Of a DNA stretch of 64,000 nucleotides, positions 16,519 to 30,200 are shown piece after piece. The stretch lies in contig OZ024743.1 of NCBI GenBank assembly GCA_964016885.1, positions 303,676,001-303,740,000 on the forward strand, read 5' to 3'. Origin of the DNA: Eledone cirrhosa. Its lineage: Eukaryota. A program made the translations under genes and the position numbers. Numbering within the stretch: position 1 is the stretch's first letter; each line of letters opens with the position of its first letter. The notes under the pieces are model-generated. The model saw only the letters and a list, made by a program, of their open reading frames with translations, was not told where the DNA came from and made no database searches.

Positions 16519-16565
16519 CGCTCTGATGATTCTTGTCTCACGGTATGGATGACATATTGTCAGCG
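16519..16565 (+). ncRNA. Type-I hammerhead motif, element B right arm (GAAA box mutated)
   Basis: cgct CTGATGA ttct...ggat GACA tatt GTC agcg. The consensus with the left arm restores CTGATGA...GAAA...GTC. Confidence 0.7.
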
Positions 16566-17038
16566 ATTAAAAATTGTTTCAGTATATAGGCGTCCTTTGA
16601 TTTATTTTATCTGTAACGGCTCCGTTATTGTACATTGAACTAATACGATACTGTCACATATACGACACTGTGCAGGTGTGTTTATGCACATATGCTTCGT
16701 TGTCTACGCATTATATATATATATATATATATTAGTCGGGACAAGAAGAATTTTGGTAAAGTTTATATACATTTTTTCTTCAAACTTACATTTTACACTT
16801 AGCTCCGTTTAATTGGTTATGTGTCTAGTTAATTTCTAAGGGCTAAGAAGAAAGACTGGGTAAATGTTATCTGACTGTTCCTCGCGGGGGATAGTATGTA
16901 TCATGTATCTGTTATTTCTTCGAAGTTACATTTTAAACTTAACTCCGTTTAAATGATTATTTATCTAGTTGATTTCTACGGACTAGGCGATTAAACATTG
17001 GGTATATTTTATTTTATCTAACTGTTCTTCAAACTTGC

Positions 17039-17069
<31 letters not shown>

Positions 17070-17944
17070 AGAAAGTGAGGTTTTTCTTTACAAATTGAAA
17101 AATAACCGAGGTGTCCTACAAGAGTGAAAGTATAAATAAAAAAAGATGAAATCGAAAATGCAACTGGAGTCTTATTTAAAAAAATATATATATATTGTTA
17201 TTTGGCTCCTTTACCGGTTCCGCAGTTCTTCTGCTTTTCAAAAGTAGAGTTGTGATGGAGGGTCTGTGGTTTTTCTCACATCTGGTTGGTCTCTGAATGT
17301 TACTTGTTTTATATGTTTTTATTGGTGTTGGCTGAGCAAATCCACACAATGTTGAAAATCTTAATTCTGACACCCCAGCGAACTAACCATATTCACTGAA
17401 CCAGAACAATTCTCCCATCCAATTTCTCTTAACCATTATCTTTTACTTGTCATAAAATTCCCTAAAAAGGCTACATAATGGATTTCCAAATAAGGGCGCG
17501 AATATTTTTTGAAAACTTGTTCACGTGACAGCCATAATTTCATTTATAACCAATCAAATTACGTTTATAAAAAAAAAGCCTTCGTGAGCCCCCCTCCCTT
17601 TTTAAGTAAAAAGAAATCGAAACACTCATATATGAAAAAACAACCTGTGACCCCCCCCCCCTCCTTTGAAGAACTTTGTAACGCGAACTGGTGCGAAATT
17701 GATTTTAATTATTGAACAACCAATCAAATTACTTCTCGAAAAACCTGGCATTTCGAGCCACTTTTTCCATATAAAACAAGTAACATTCAAAGACCAACCA
17801 GATGTGAGAAAAACCACAGACCCTCCATCTCAACTCTACTTTTAAAAACCAGAAGAACTGCGAAACCGGTAAAGGAACCAAATAAATATATATATTTTTC
17901 TAAAAAATAAGACTCCAGTTGCATTTTCGATTTCATCTTTTTTT

Positions 17945-17951
<7 letters not shown>
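17070..17951. mobile_element. Non-coding fold-back insertion (probable PLE pLTR pair) between (TA)n tracts
   Basis: Inverted arms 17131-17315 and 17768-17951. The right arm has GAAACCGGTA aagg (HHR 3' half with palindromic ACCGGT). (TA)n on both sides. Confidence 0.75.
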
Positions 17952-17998
<47 letters not shown>

Positions 17999-18329
17999 CT
18001 TGAAATGTAATAGTAACCGCCATATAGCAGGTACTAATCGCGTTGTTTGAGGCATAGCACTTGTTAGATCGAGAAGCTAAACATTATTATCCAGAATAAA
18101 ACAACAATTATAAGGTGTGACCACTACAATAACGACCGAATGCAGTGGGCGACGTATACCAAATCAATGATAAATCTATAAAGGTTGAATACTATTCTGA
18201 ACCATCTCGAGACGATTCGAATAGTTAGAAATCAGTAAAAATCGTCGATAGTTTTCTGGGAAGCCCGGGAATTACTTCACAAGTTCTATAATGCATATGC
18301 AAATCCTGCGTTCATCTCCATATTGGAAC

Positions 18330-21300
18330 ATCAATTCCCGTCTTTTGCAGTTTTGTTTTACTCCATATCTCGGCTTGTTGAGATTGGCATTTGACCCTAG
18401 TATTAATTCTGATACATATAATATGTGATAACTTTGATAATGTTTATATGTTTCGGCCAGTATGGGCCCAGGTCATGTCTACCTTAATAACACTACATGT
18501 CTTTCAAGTCAGGATTTGAACACCATGACTAACTCAACCAGAGAGTTATTATTTAGGAACATATCCGGTTGTAGGAGATTTATCGGGGATTTCTTCGAGG
18601 AATTTGTCCAAAGACATTTCGAATGTTATGAGAGTGGTTTCTGTTTCATGTTTTGATGTAATGTTAAAGAGAGCAAGTCCAATTTAGGTGAAATAATTTT
18701 GCCGTAAAGTTGTTATTAGATGCGAGTTTGATTTTAGCTGTTGTTGGTTAGCACGGGGCCACGCCCAAGTTTCAGATGTTCTTTAAAGATGATGTCAACA
18801 TGATTTGAGCAATGCCGATGAAATACTTTCCCATGATGCATATAATGTAGCGCTCACGGTAGTGTTGGACAGAATAGAGTTTAACATTTTCAAATCAACC
18901 CCACTAGTCAAGGCCTGTCACCCTGTCTCTCTTTTTTGTTATCGAACTTTGAGGTGTTTCAATTTTCAAAATACTTTGTTTCGTGTAGCGAAACCACAAT
19001 GGACAATAATATTCAAGGTGGGGTCGAGTAAATGTAGAGAAGAGAAGAAGAATTGTATGGATATCTCTGATTTGAAATTTCTGAGAATCCAGGACCACAT
19101 TCTGCAGTCCATATCAACTTTGCTTTTTATATGAGTGGCCAGGCTTATGTCGTATTCAGCAATTACTCCCTACTGTATATTGCTGTTTGATACTGCGAGT
19201 GTTTCACCTGAAGGATAGGAATATGAGAGTTTCAGTGGATTTTCTTTCCCAAAGTGGATTATTTCAAATTTATCCTCGTTCAGCAGCATATTGTACTTTC
19301 CGCCCATTGTATAACAGCAATCGTCAGTAACAGTACTTATATAAATCATGAAAAGTACAGAGGACCTTGTTGAGTGACACTAGTGATTTTAGCTGGGCAT
19401 GATTGAAAAAATTCGAGTACAACAAACATCTTTCAGAGAAATCTATGGATATTGGATATCTTTCTCAGTAGAATATTGTGATGAAACCCTGTCAATTGTC
19501 TTGTTGAAATCAAGGTAGATGATATCAGTGTTGGAGCACGCTCTCGTAGCTCTTAACATGTTATGCAAGTGGTGCAGGAGCTGCGTTAGGCAGTCTCTTC
19601 CATCACTGAACCCTTTTCGGTTGAAATTCAGCAGATTGCTGCTGAAAGTGAGTTACTCGTATTCTCTCCACCCTCTCAAATATTTGTTTCTACTTTTGGC
19701 ACAAGGCCAGCAATTACTCAATGCATTACTGGTACTTTATTCTATCGACCCCGGAAGGATGAAAGGCAAAGTTAACTCTCAAATAACGTTATAATATGAG
19801 AGGTGAGTGAAATCGGACGGTAATTATCTGCAGGGGACTTGTTTCCCTGTTTGAAAATTGCGACAACAGACTGGGACAGAAAGTTTTCAGGTATATAGCC
19901 AGCATCAATGGACTTCCTCCACAGATTAGCAAGAGGAGATTCAAGTAGGTGTCGACACACCTCCAGGACACAAGCAGTGAAACTATCGGTGCTTACTGCT
20001 GAAGTTTGTTTAGTTTCGTTTATTGGCGCGCCAATCTTTATGCCCGCGCCAATCTTTATGTCCGATATTGTGTGTTTGGTATTAACAACACTGTGAACGA
20101 CCAGGCCAGCCATATCAGCATTGCTGAAAAAAGAGTATCATTGTTTCTTAGAGAGTACCATTTTCATCAATCAGAGGCCGAACAGTGGAGATAGTTACCT
20201 TGTGTTTAATTCGCAAATGAAAAGAACAATGTGTGATTCAATTTAAGTTTTTTCAATGGCCCATTTCTCAATAGCAGTTCTTTGGTTATTGGTGATGGTC
20301 TTCATGAATTGTTGGAAGTTATATTCTTTTTTTTAGTCGAGCAGTGCTATAGCAGCCAAATGTGTGTGTTGCTGTTGGCAGTATATTAGTTTATTTAATT
20401 TTTTGTTTTTTAATTTTATTTTTCTGATAAAATATTTTCTGTTTGGTCGGATTCTGCATTTAGCTTTATTCACAAATCTTGGTGAGGTGTGTTTTGTACG
20501 TATGTTTGTGACAATGTCTACAATAATCTGCCAATATATTTTGATGCTGGTGGAGATGTGTGCGTGTGTGAAAGACCAGTCAACATGTGATATCTCGTTA
20601 TTGATTGTATTCCAGATTGCATTATAAGGATCCATGTTATCAAATGGGTGGGCTGGAGAGAGGTCATTGTGTCTAACCTTCGACTGCTGTAATGTCTGTT
20701 TTCAGTGAACCATGCCATGGTGTAAAAGAATGTGTTTTTCCAATGTACTGTTATGTGTTAATATGGCTACTAAACACTAGGTCCAAAATATGTTTTCTGA
20801 TATGTTGTTGGTGCAAGGACAAGTTAAGACGAGAACATCTCATATGTAAAGTCGAGAAGAGACTCTACTGTTGCTTTGTCAACAGTTAAGGTGGCCATGC
20901 ATGCTTTCAAACTGTTTCTAGACCAATCAAAAAAGGGTAGAGTGAAGTCTCCCATCATAAATAAGTAACCAGAATGTCAATGTGGTATAAAACATCTAAA
21001 TGTTGCTAAGGCATGCTTTAAAGCGCAGTATGGGCGTTTGTCGTTGTTTATAAAGCCCAACTACTATCAAACCATTCGCTGATTCACATCAGCCATGGAA
21101 GAATGTGATATTTCTGTCTGTCGTAAATTAATCAAGCAGGATACTAAAAGATTCACCCTTCCTACTGCTGACACGATCCGTGTGGTTGGTTGTGATTGTT
21201 CATTTTCACATCAGCTACCAGTTTTCAAATCAGCTTTTCAGGTGTTCTCGAGATGGGTGTCAGTGAGGATTTAGAAACCAATGTGGTATGGGTGGTTACC

Positions 21301-22400
21301 AACCCAATCCTCAATGAATTGGACCTTCCATTTTCTGTATTAAAAGGGCTGATAACTTGTAGAAATATGGTGGCTAGAGTAGTGGATGGTTTTGACTATT
21401 ACAGGGGGCTTATTTTGAGTTTGCCTGTTAGTTACAACAATGAGGAGAGTTGGTCCACTGAGGTAATATCATAGGAAGGTTTTATAGGATAGCTAGAAAG
21501 TTTTTGGTATCTATTTTGCCAGGTCCATCATGTAAAAAAAAAGTTTTTGTTTTGTTTAGAGGGCAGGTTTTGACTGGAGGTGTGGTTGCAATGTTGGCTA
21601 GAGATGTAGTTTCCACTTTTGGATGCGATTTTGATTTTGTTGTTGTTTTTACACCTTCGTAAAATGTCTGGATGGGCATTACAGCAGCAGCAGATATTTT
21701 ACTGTTTTACTTTTAGGTTTTGGCTCTGAGCCGCATTTCTGTTTGTACATTGAGTACTTGGAAAATGACTGAAGGGACAGTAACGCGGTAGACATAGTCA
21801 CTCGCGTAACAAATAACGGCAGATTCCAAGTCACTCTTTTTATGGCGTTCAATTTATTCTTTGGTGCTGTTGATGTTATTGTGGGATGTATGCTTTCGCT
21901 TTGGCTGGTAGTGTTTATATGAATTGTGTCTCGGCCCAGGTAGACGCACAATTCATAAAAACAGGTAGTGTGAAGGTGCAATCATTGCGTGTACAGAGCC
22001 TCTGACATAGTGAATACTTGTATAATTTTAGAATTCATGTTTGAGCTGTAGGGTGGCGAATTCTGCTTCATATATTTTGGCAGTTTTTTTTTTTATAGTA
22101 CTGTAGGATTAAGGTGGCAATGTGGGGGAAGAAAGCATCTGTTTATTATTAGTAGTGAAAGTGGTAGAAGGCGATGGTGGTTGTGGTAATGACGATGATG
22201 GTGATGATGAGGATGATAATTGTGATGGTTGCTTGGTTGAAATTAGTGAATGAGAAAGTGGTGATGAAGTACTGTCTTTGAGTAGATCTGCTGTTGTGCT
22301 AGCACTCAGGAGTGGCTCTTTCTGTTGTTGTTGTTTTTGTTGTTCTTGTTGTTGATGATTAAAAAACAAGAGTGTGATATAATTTTGAAGATAGGTAAAC
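18330..22400 (-). mobile_element. Decayed CR1/L2-group LINE (APE endonuclease plus RT remnants)
   Basis: Minus-strand fragments MMGDF (~20945), ILDLVF (~20775), VAIFKQGNKSPADNYRPISLTSHI, YLDFNK (~19505), RPHLEYYCPLW...KIETPQSSITK. Both boundaries and the ORF1 region are approximate. Confidence 0.85.
19684..19778 (-). mobile_element. 5'-truncated SINE inserted into the LINE RT, 10-bp TSD
   Basis: ...actggtactttattctatcgaccccggaaggatgaaaggcaaagttaactc; direct repeat ctctcaaata at 19673-19682 and 19776-19785. Confidence 0.85.
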
Positions 22401-23686
22401 GGGGTTTCTCACGAAATATTTCGGTTTGAAAATTGCGCCAAACTTATTGAAGAAACAATTAGGTTCAGGCCGCAGTTCTGCTCAATGGAAGAACGTGATT
22501 GCTTTCTGAACGTGTCAGAAAATTTCACAGTCTTGATAAGTAACATTTCAATAAACATTTATGAATTATTACATTTTTATTAATTCTAGTTTCGGGATAT
22601 AGTGAAATTATACATGAGTAATACTATCTTATATCATATTGTAGCAACAACAGCAACAAGAGCAGTAGTAATACAAGAACATACTAGTAGCATTGACAGA
22701 TATGAAATATAGCTGTGAAAAACAATGTATCTATGATATGACATAGCTGAAACCAACCCAAACAAAATTTGTCAACATTCTAGGGGACATTTATGAACAC
22801 ACACGACAGTTAACCATTGTATTTTCCATCTATTATATTTACCACTTATGGAAAGTTTCATGCAACTTTTACCCTGCCAGAAGTGTAGCGTAACCACAAG
22901 AAAAACGCTTTGTAGCTACCTTTTCTCTTTTGTAAGTAATTATATAAAATTACATATTTATCTTCAAACAGACCCTCAGAGAAGTAATATATTTTATATC
23001 ATATTCAATGATTTATAAACACATTATGCAATACATCATGTATCTTACTTACTGCGTTTAGTTATTTTCTTTTCATTTCAAAACCCGACAATTTAATCCC
23101 AGTATGCTGAGAGCGTACATTAAATAAGAATGATTAAACATGAAAAACATCCTGGTTACACGAAACAGTATATTTTACTAACAGACATTGCCAGCTGTAA
23201 TTTCCTGAAGCATTTTTAATAATACATGAGTTAAATAATATCCAATCTCTTTATGACGTTAGTTTAAATAAAAGTAACAAAGAATTATTCCAGTTTCTGT
23301 TTGATTTATTCGAACAGGCTGGACACCCTGTCGTAGATTTTAAGACGAATCACCTTTGAATCCACATGCACAGAGAAAAGCACAGTTTATCATACTGCAG
23401 AATCTTTAAACTTATTAAATAACAAACCAATTGCATTAATTCTGTTTCGGATAGGATTTCTACATTTTGTTTAAATTTATAGAATTGATATCGGCGAAAG
23501 AGTTCATAATTTAAGTACAACTTGTACAGAATGTCTATTCAGATAGCGAAACTACATCACCCAAATATATGCAGAAACAGACATTGTCATTTAATACAGT
23601 ATATAAAGACAAAAGGTTTATTTAATCATATACTGAATAATAGCCTGCCTTTGTTCGTATCACTATGATACAAAATCTATGTGTGC

Positions 23687-23736
<50 letters not shown>

Positions 23737-23738
<2 letters not shown>

Positions 23739-23920
23739 CGAAGGAAATGTGGTAAGGAGCCAGGTGGACCATAACGCACCAAAGTACTCAATACTTTGGG
23801 TAGTAGAATGGGTAATAGGAACGAGTAGGACCCCGACGGCTGAGCTCAAGCCGTTTCGACGGCTAGTTCTGGACTAGCCGTCGAAACGGCTTGAGCTCAG
23901 CCGTCGGAGTCCTACTCGTT

Positions 23921-23925
<5 letters not shown>
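23737..23925. mobile_element. Mini fold-back insertion containing a hammerhead 3' half
   Basis: GC-rich near-perfect palindrome 23815-23925 centred on ~23870, between two (TA)n tracts. Contains GAAAC-ggct-tgagctc-agcc-GTC. Confidence 0.75.
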
Positions 23926-24605
<680 letters not shown>

Positions 24606-24788
24606 AGTTACATTAATATTTATAAAAATAATAATTTTAAATTTAAAATCTAAACATTTATATATCCGGAAATCGAAAATGATTATGAGTTTTCGAACAC
24701 TCACACTGAAATTTACCACTTTCTTTTTACGTACCTCATGTCAAAATTATGAAAAAGATATCACATGCTCGTAGAAAGTCTATTGCAT

Positions 24789-26126
24789 TTAAGTAATAAT
24801 TGTTTGTATGAACTTTTGATGAAATTGTCTTATTTTTTCCAATTGCTCATGAAGCAAAATCTGATCAAGTGGAAATGTAAATTTAAAATGAAAACGTTGA
24901 TGATTTTCTCCAAAAGCTTTGCCAGGAATAACGTAAATACCCGTAATTTTATATAACTCATTACAGTAATTTTCTTCGAGATCTTGATATTTCTCCTGAT
25001 CGGAAATCCATCGGTTTGGAAACATTAATTTCGGAAATGCACATTGACCAGCAAATACACGGCAGCAACTCATATATGGTTGTAAGTTGAAAAAGTCAAC
25101 GGTGATTTCAGCAAGATTTCCAAGTAAATCTACAAAGTTATTTCGTTCATTTTCGAATCGCGTAAATGATTCGTATTTTCTTATGTGTTTTGGTGCAAGA
25201 AAAAGACTTAAGTAGATTTGATGTAATGTGGCAGGTGAATGGAACATATTTTTCGCAAATTTCTCTACCAATTTGTCTGTGCGTAAACAATCAACATAAC
25301 TTATATGCATACCTTTGTCACCCTGTGGACTTCTAGCTGGGGAGAAGAATGACATCAATTGCACAGATTCGTAAAATTCTCCCATCTGCAAAAGGGCTTT
25401 TCTTGATGATAAGAATGGTGAATTGTATTTTCTATGAACATCCAGCTGTAAATTCTCAATTGCCAGAGGCACAACTTTATGTTGCTTCGAAAAACGAAAG
25501 AATATCTCGAAGTCCTTTTGTGAATAAAGATGACCTGTCGGATATCCAGGGTTTTCTAAAAATATACAATGTATCTTACAATCAGAACCCTCCAGTGCAT
25601 TGACAAGTGCTTCGTTCTCCACAGTCCAATGATCATCTGCTTCGGTCAAGTAATAGGGGACAGGCATGAAACCACATAATTCTACTACTTGTTGAATTGT
25701 AGGTGATGACGGATACGGAATTAAAATGCCATAACCGCTATTCATATGAGCCCCCACGAACAAAGCTAACATATCGGTCAATAACGTTGATTCATTATTT
25801 TCAAGGAGAACCTCCTCATCGTCTTCCAGATATGAATTAGCATCTCTTTCCAAAATATAATTTGCTACCTGCTCTTTTATGAATTTATCTCCTGTCGTTT
25901 CAGAATAAGCTCCAACCGCGTTACTTTCAAATTCATCAAGGTAAAGTCCTGCCAACTCTTTTACATCTTCAGGAAAATCATTCGACGATGAAAGGTCCGA
26001 AAATAAGCACAAGGTTAAGACTTCTTTTAAATAATTGTATTCTATATTTTCTTCTGTGTAGGGGATGGAATCTAACTCCGACCGGTTTTCAAAATGCAAT
26101 TCTATTTTCTGTGTATCGCTGTCCAT
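24789..26126 (-). CDS. Intronless, divergent alanine aminotransferase-like protein (fold-type I PLP family), catalytic residues substituted
   Basis: Open 445-aa frame collinear with ALT motifs recalled from memory: GAYSETTG...IKEQVANYILERD, GILIPYP, VPYYL, ENPGYPTG, AIENLQ (ADEVYQ position), LMSFFSPAR (LASFHSTSK position), YCNELYKITGIYVIPGKAFG...HFKFT. Confidence 0.88.
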   Translation of the reverse strand: MDSDTQKIELHFENRSELDSIPYTEENIEYNYLKEVLTLCLFSDLSSSNDFPEDVKELAGLYLDEFESNAVGAYSETTGDKFIKEQVANYILERDANSYLEDDEEVLLENNESTLLTDMLALFVGAHMNSGYGILIPYPSSPTIQQVVELCGFMPVPYYLTEADDHWTVENEALVNALEGSDCKIHCIFLENPGYPTGHLYSQKDFEIFFRFSKQHKVVPLAIENLQLDVHRKYNSPFLSSRKALLQMGEFYESVQLMSFFSPARSPQGDKGMHISYVDCLRTDKLVEKFAKNMFHSPATLHQIYLSLFLAPKHIRKYESFTRFENERNNFVDLLGNLAEITVDFFNLQPYMSCCRVFAGQCAFPKLMFPNRWISDQEKYQDLEENYCNELYKITGIYVIPGKAFGENHQRFHFKFTFPLDQILLHEQLEKIRQFHQKFIQTIIT

Positions 26127-26700
26127 AATGTAAAGGAGAATAATTATACAAAAATAATTGTAAGTAAATAAAATATGCCTTACACGTTCAACTTAGTTAT
26201 TCTGTATTTTGTGGTGTTTGGGTTAAAATACAAATTGAATTCCAACTATATCCGTCTCATCTGTTAAAAGATTAAAGAAGCATTGTTTTTTAAACCGCCC
26301 ATCCCTGCTTTTATATCTATGGTTATATGCATATTCAGTTTGGATAAGTTATGTATAATATATTCCCGAACAGGTGTATAGATAACTAAATGTTAATTAA
26401 AGATAAAGGTAAAAGAACATACGAATCAAAGGAAAATATATAATTATGGCAATTGTCAGTAGAATTCTAGGCATACTTTTGTAGCTTCTGATGTTAAGAG
26501 TTTAAAGACAGGCATGGACCTTATACGGAAGTTCAGGATTGTTTCGAAATAATTATTAAAATATATACTCTGAATAATTTATAAAAATGATCTTGTCTTT
26601 CGTATCAGATATGATTATTTCGTGTGGATATCTTTTCACTTAACTTACAAATTATAAAATAAAACAATATAATGTTTCGTCGCATACATATATGCATATA

Positions 26701-26764
<64 letters not shown>

Positions 26765-27089
26765 CAAATAATGTTGTCTCAGATCGTGACGGAATATATA
26801 AAAAGGAGAAAACTCATGGTTAGAAGAGCTGCTATAAGGGCAGCTAAACAATGTCAGAATAAGCGATGGGGAAGATGTCTCAGATGACAGACACTAGTTG
26901 CCAGTGGTGAACAGGGAGAAAATACAAAAGTTGGGTGACATGCAGATGTAAAGTTGAAAAGATTGAAAGAGGAGGAGGACAAGTTGAAGGGTGTTAGTGC
27001 ATACAATTGACAGGGAATAGTCAATAAAGCAAAGTGACATACAAGACAGTTTTACACATCACATACTCAGCCTCATTAACTCGCAATCC

Positions 27090-27220
27090 AGCAAATTCGT
27101 TTCACAACCAACGTGAAATAAAGTGTCTTACTCAAGGTCATAACTCAGCACATAGTTCCGGATTTGAACTTGTAACTTCACGATTGCGAATCCAATACGG
27201 TAACCACCAAGACATGCGCA
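27090..27220 (-). mobile_element. tRNA-derived SINE head
   Basis: Minus strand: A-box-like tgtcttggtgg, B-box GTTCAAATCC, then ccttgagtaagacactttatttcac. Confidence 0.7.
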
Positions 27221-30200
27221 TTCGGTGATGTCACGTGAAGCAGTTGGTGTATTCATTACTTGAACTCGAGGCATTCCTTTAGAAACGTAGTTAAATGTAC
27301 TAGTAACTAATTTATCCTCTTAGTTTACAATATCCTGTGGCTCAACTGCACCGGCGAACCCATTTAGAATTACTTCAACGTTTCTCTCTTGTTGCAGTTT
27401 TACCGGAACTGATCGTCTCCCTCCAGGGGGAACATTAATTATCTCATTTATTGTTGTAGTACAGTGTCCAGGAAATCCTTTTCACTCTTGAATGAAGGGT
27501 AATTGGACTGATTTCGTGCCAATAAAGCCAACATTTTATACATTTTGGTTTTAGTTGCTGAAAATAGATCCGGTCCCAATTTGACAAGATAATCAAACAC
27601 TGAATAGAAAATATGTTTCCTTCAAACGCCACATTCCACTTGAACGTTCTACCGTACATTAACACATGCACCATTAGTTGCTGTTGCCATAACATCGCGC
27701 GTGTTCTAGCTGAATACATTTTAAAATATCATAATTTGTTTTTAATACTACAATGATCATTGTCAAAGCTAATTCCCTATCAACAAGTGCGTCGATAGAT
27801 TAATCATTAAGATGAATGTTATTAAGAGAGGAAAGTTCATTATTTTGCGCCGAAACCGTTGTGCCGCACGCATCGTTTATGTCGTGGCATTTTAAAGATT
27901 TGTCCCAGAATGATTAGCAGTCATTTGCAAAGTGGCCAATAACCCAGCAATTATAAAAGCTATTCCTGCTAACGTGTCCTTTTGCAAACACTTTTGACTT
28001 AGTACAATAATCATGTGTCATGGGTCTAATTCCGCTCTCTATATATATCGACCTCTAGATTAATTATTATTGAAGAATAAGCATTATCTTTACATCCGTA
28101 ACACACCAATGGTGCTTCTTTCGTTACTAAACGCCTTTAGCATGGTGGGCAATAAATAGATTTGTTTACGGAATTAATCCGCTTTATTTTGCATAGCATT
28201 TGGATCTTTAAGAGATACACTTTCCTGTAATGGCATAATTTGATCTTGACTTCTTTTTCTACTCTCAATTTTGTACACCAAATGAAGTAACGTATGGGAA
28301 ATCTTAGGGAGATCAAGCAAATATTTCGATTAAAATTCATCAAATTAGTATTTACAATACGACTGTCATTGCAATACCTCCATCGTTTTTCAAATATGTC
28401 CATCTCTATCACCAATTGTTGCAAGATTCAGATTCCCAAAGTATATCTTCAGTCCACGGCCAGTGTTACATCCAGTTTTTTCTCATTATTTTTAATACTT
28501 CCGCTCGACAACTTTACATGACTTTGGTATACAATATATACAAAGGCTAAAGCAATCATAATTTCACGATTTTGCAGCACAACAATCAGGTGGTGTTTCG
28601 GCTGACCTCCTAACTCGAATTGTTGCTATATAACTGAGACGATTGATCTAATAGGTATACCAATCTATGTGTGTTTCTAACTGTTGGTTAATGTTTGTGT
28701 TCTAGGAGATGGTGTCGCGACTTGTTTTCATTTTATTTGTATTAGTATTATTTGTTTAAAAAATAGTTTTGTATGTAGAATCCGCATACAATATTGTTAC
28801 TTTTTCCATTTCAGACAACTACATTTTAGATATTTGACATATGAAATATTCTTGTCTCGGTGTATTAAGCGACTTGTTGAATCATTGATAGGATTATGCT
28901 CTTTCGTTTATCATGATTTCTTCCCTACAAAAAGAAAACACAAGCAGGCACCTGGGAAACGTTTATAACTATATTTGTGTGTAATAGCAAAGCGGAACCC
29001 CCGTAACAATGAAGTTACATAATCGATATATCTCCCAATACTTTTGAATATAAACATCAATGTATGCAAAATATCAAACCTTCAAAACGTTAAGGAGTTA
29101 CGAAATTCATAAAAAATAGAGGACACTAAGACGCAGGAAACAACTGTAACTACAGTTTTATGGAATAAACTATAGCATTGAAAATCAGTAAAATATGTGC
29201 AGTGGCCACTACGACTAAATACAGTAATGTTTACATTCAGAACCATTGGGAATATATCGGTTATATAACTTCCTATGCATCTCGCTGAAGCTTCTCCTTA
29301 AACACATTTGGAGTTATATTCGATCTCGATATATGATACTATTCTCAAGCATCAAGCAAATAATCCAAACGAAAACATATTGTATCGTTGCATGTTGTGA
29401 AACTATAGAGACATTTCACATTATTACGGAATAGTGCCAATTAAATATTATCTAGATATCTTTCCATATGAACTTTATTATTAAATATTATCTAGATATA
29501 TTTCCACTGTAGTGATAGAAAATTCATTATAGATTGTCGTCAGATTATTTTAAATAACAATTACATCAGGCTCGATGAAACAGCCGACCGACACTTATCA
29601 GGCACATCATATGCCAAACTATTCATATGAAAACATGGTTAAGGGTGTTCCGTTTTGCTATTATATACAAATTCTTTTATAAATGTTCACCGGGCGCCTG
29701 TTTTTTGTTTTCTTTTTGTAGGGAGAAAATCATGATAAACAAAACAACATGCATAATACAGTCAATAATTTAACGAGTCACATCTAAATCAGTATAAGGT
29801 TTAAAAATGAAAAAGTCCCAATCTAATAACACAATGAAATTGATATATACAACGGACTGCTTTTCACATAATCTCAACCAAACCAGAGGAACCAGAGGAA
29901 TCAATGCAATTCAGCTAAGCGAATATTCACAAATGTCTAAAATTTAACAATAGGCGTACACAGACGAAATCAGATGACAAAAGACTCATCAATATTTTCA
30001 ATACATAATTAATAGTGATATACATATGTGAGACAAATATAAATCTAGGAACTCAAAGAAAGAAAAAATAATAAAACAATTACATTTTACCACATATAAC
30101 TTTTCATCCAAATGAAGCCGAGGTTTTTACGTATACCCCCCCCCCCCCCCTCATCGTAATAACTCTTCTAAAGAAATAAAACAAAAAGAATATAGTGATT

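Larger units (their letters stand above)
10855..16712 (-). mobile_element. PLE with ~1.5-kb inverted arms (element B)
   Basis: 10855-12362 is the reverse complement of 15120-16611 with scattered substitutions. RT-EN lies between the arms on the minus strand. There is an HHR near each outer end, and microsatellites flank both sides. Confidence 0.92.

Noticed and set aside
10855-16712. DNA transposon or Polinton-like element with long TIRs (likewise element C)
   Set aside because: No transposase or integrase and no TSD; the arms are PLE 3' regions with HHRs and the inner junction truncates the RT.
22109-22369. Q/S/P-rich 86-aa ORF as a host gene
   Set aside because: Trinucleotide low complexity at the presumed 5' end of the decayed LINE.
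26821-26855. TAGAAGA-gctgc...gcagc-TAAA-caat-GTC decayed HHR beside (TA)n
   Set aside because: Both core boxes are mutated and there is no second copy or ORF; plausible relic but not supportable.
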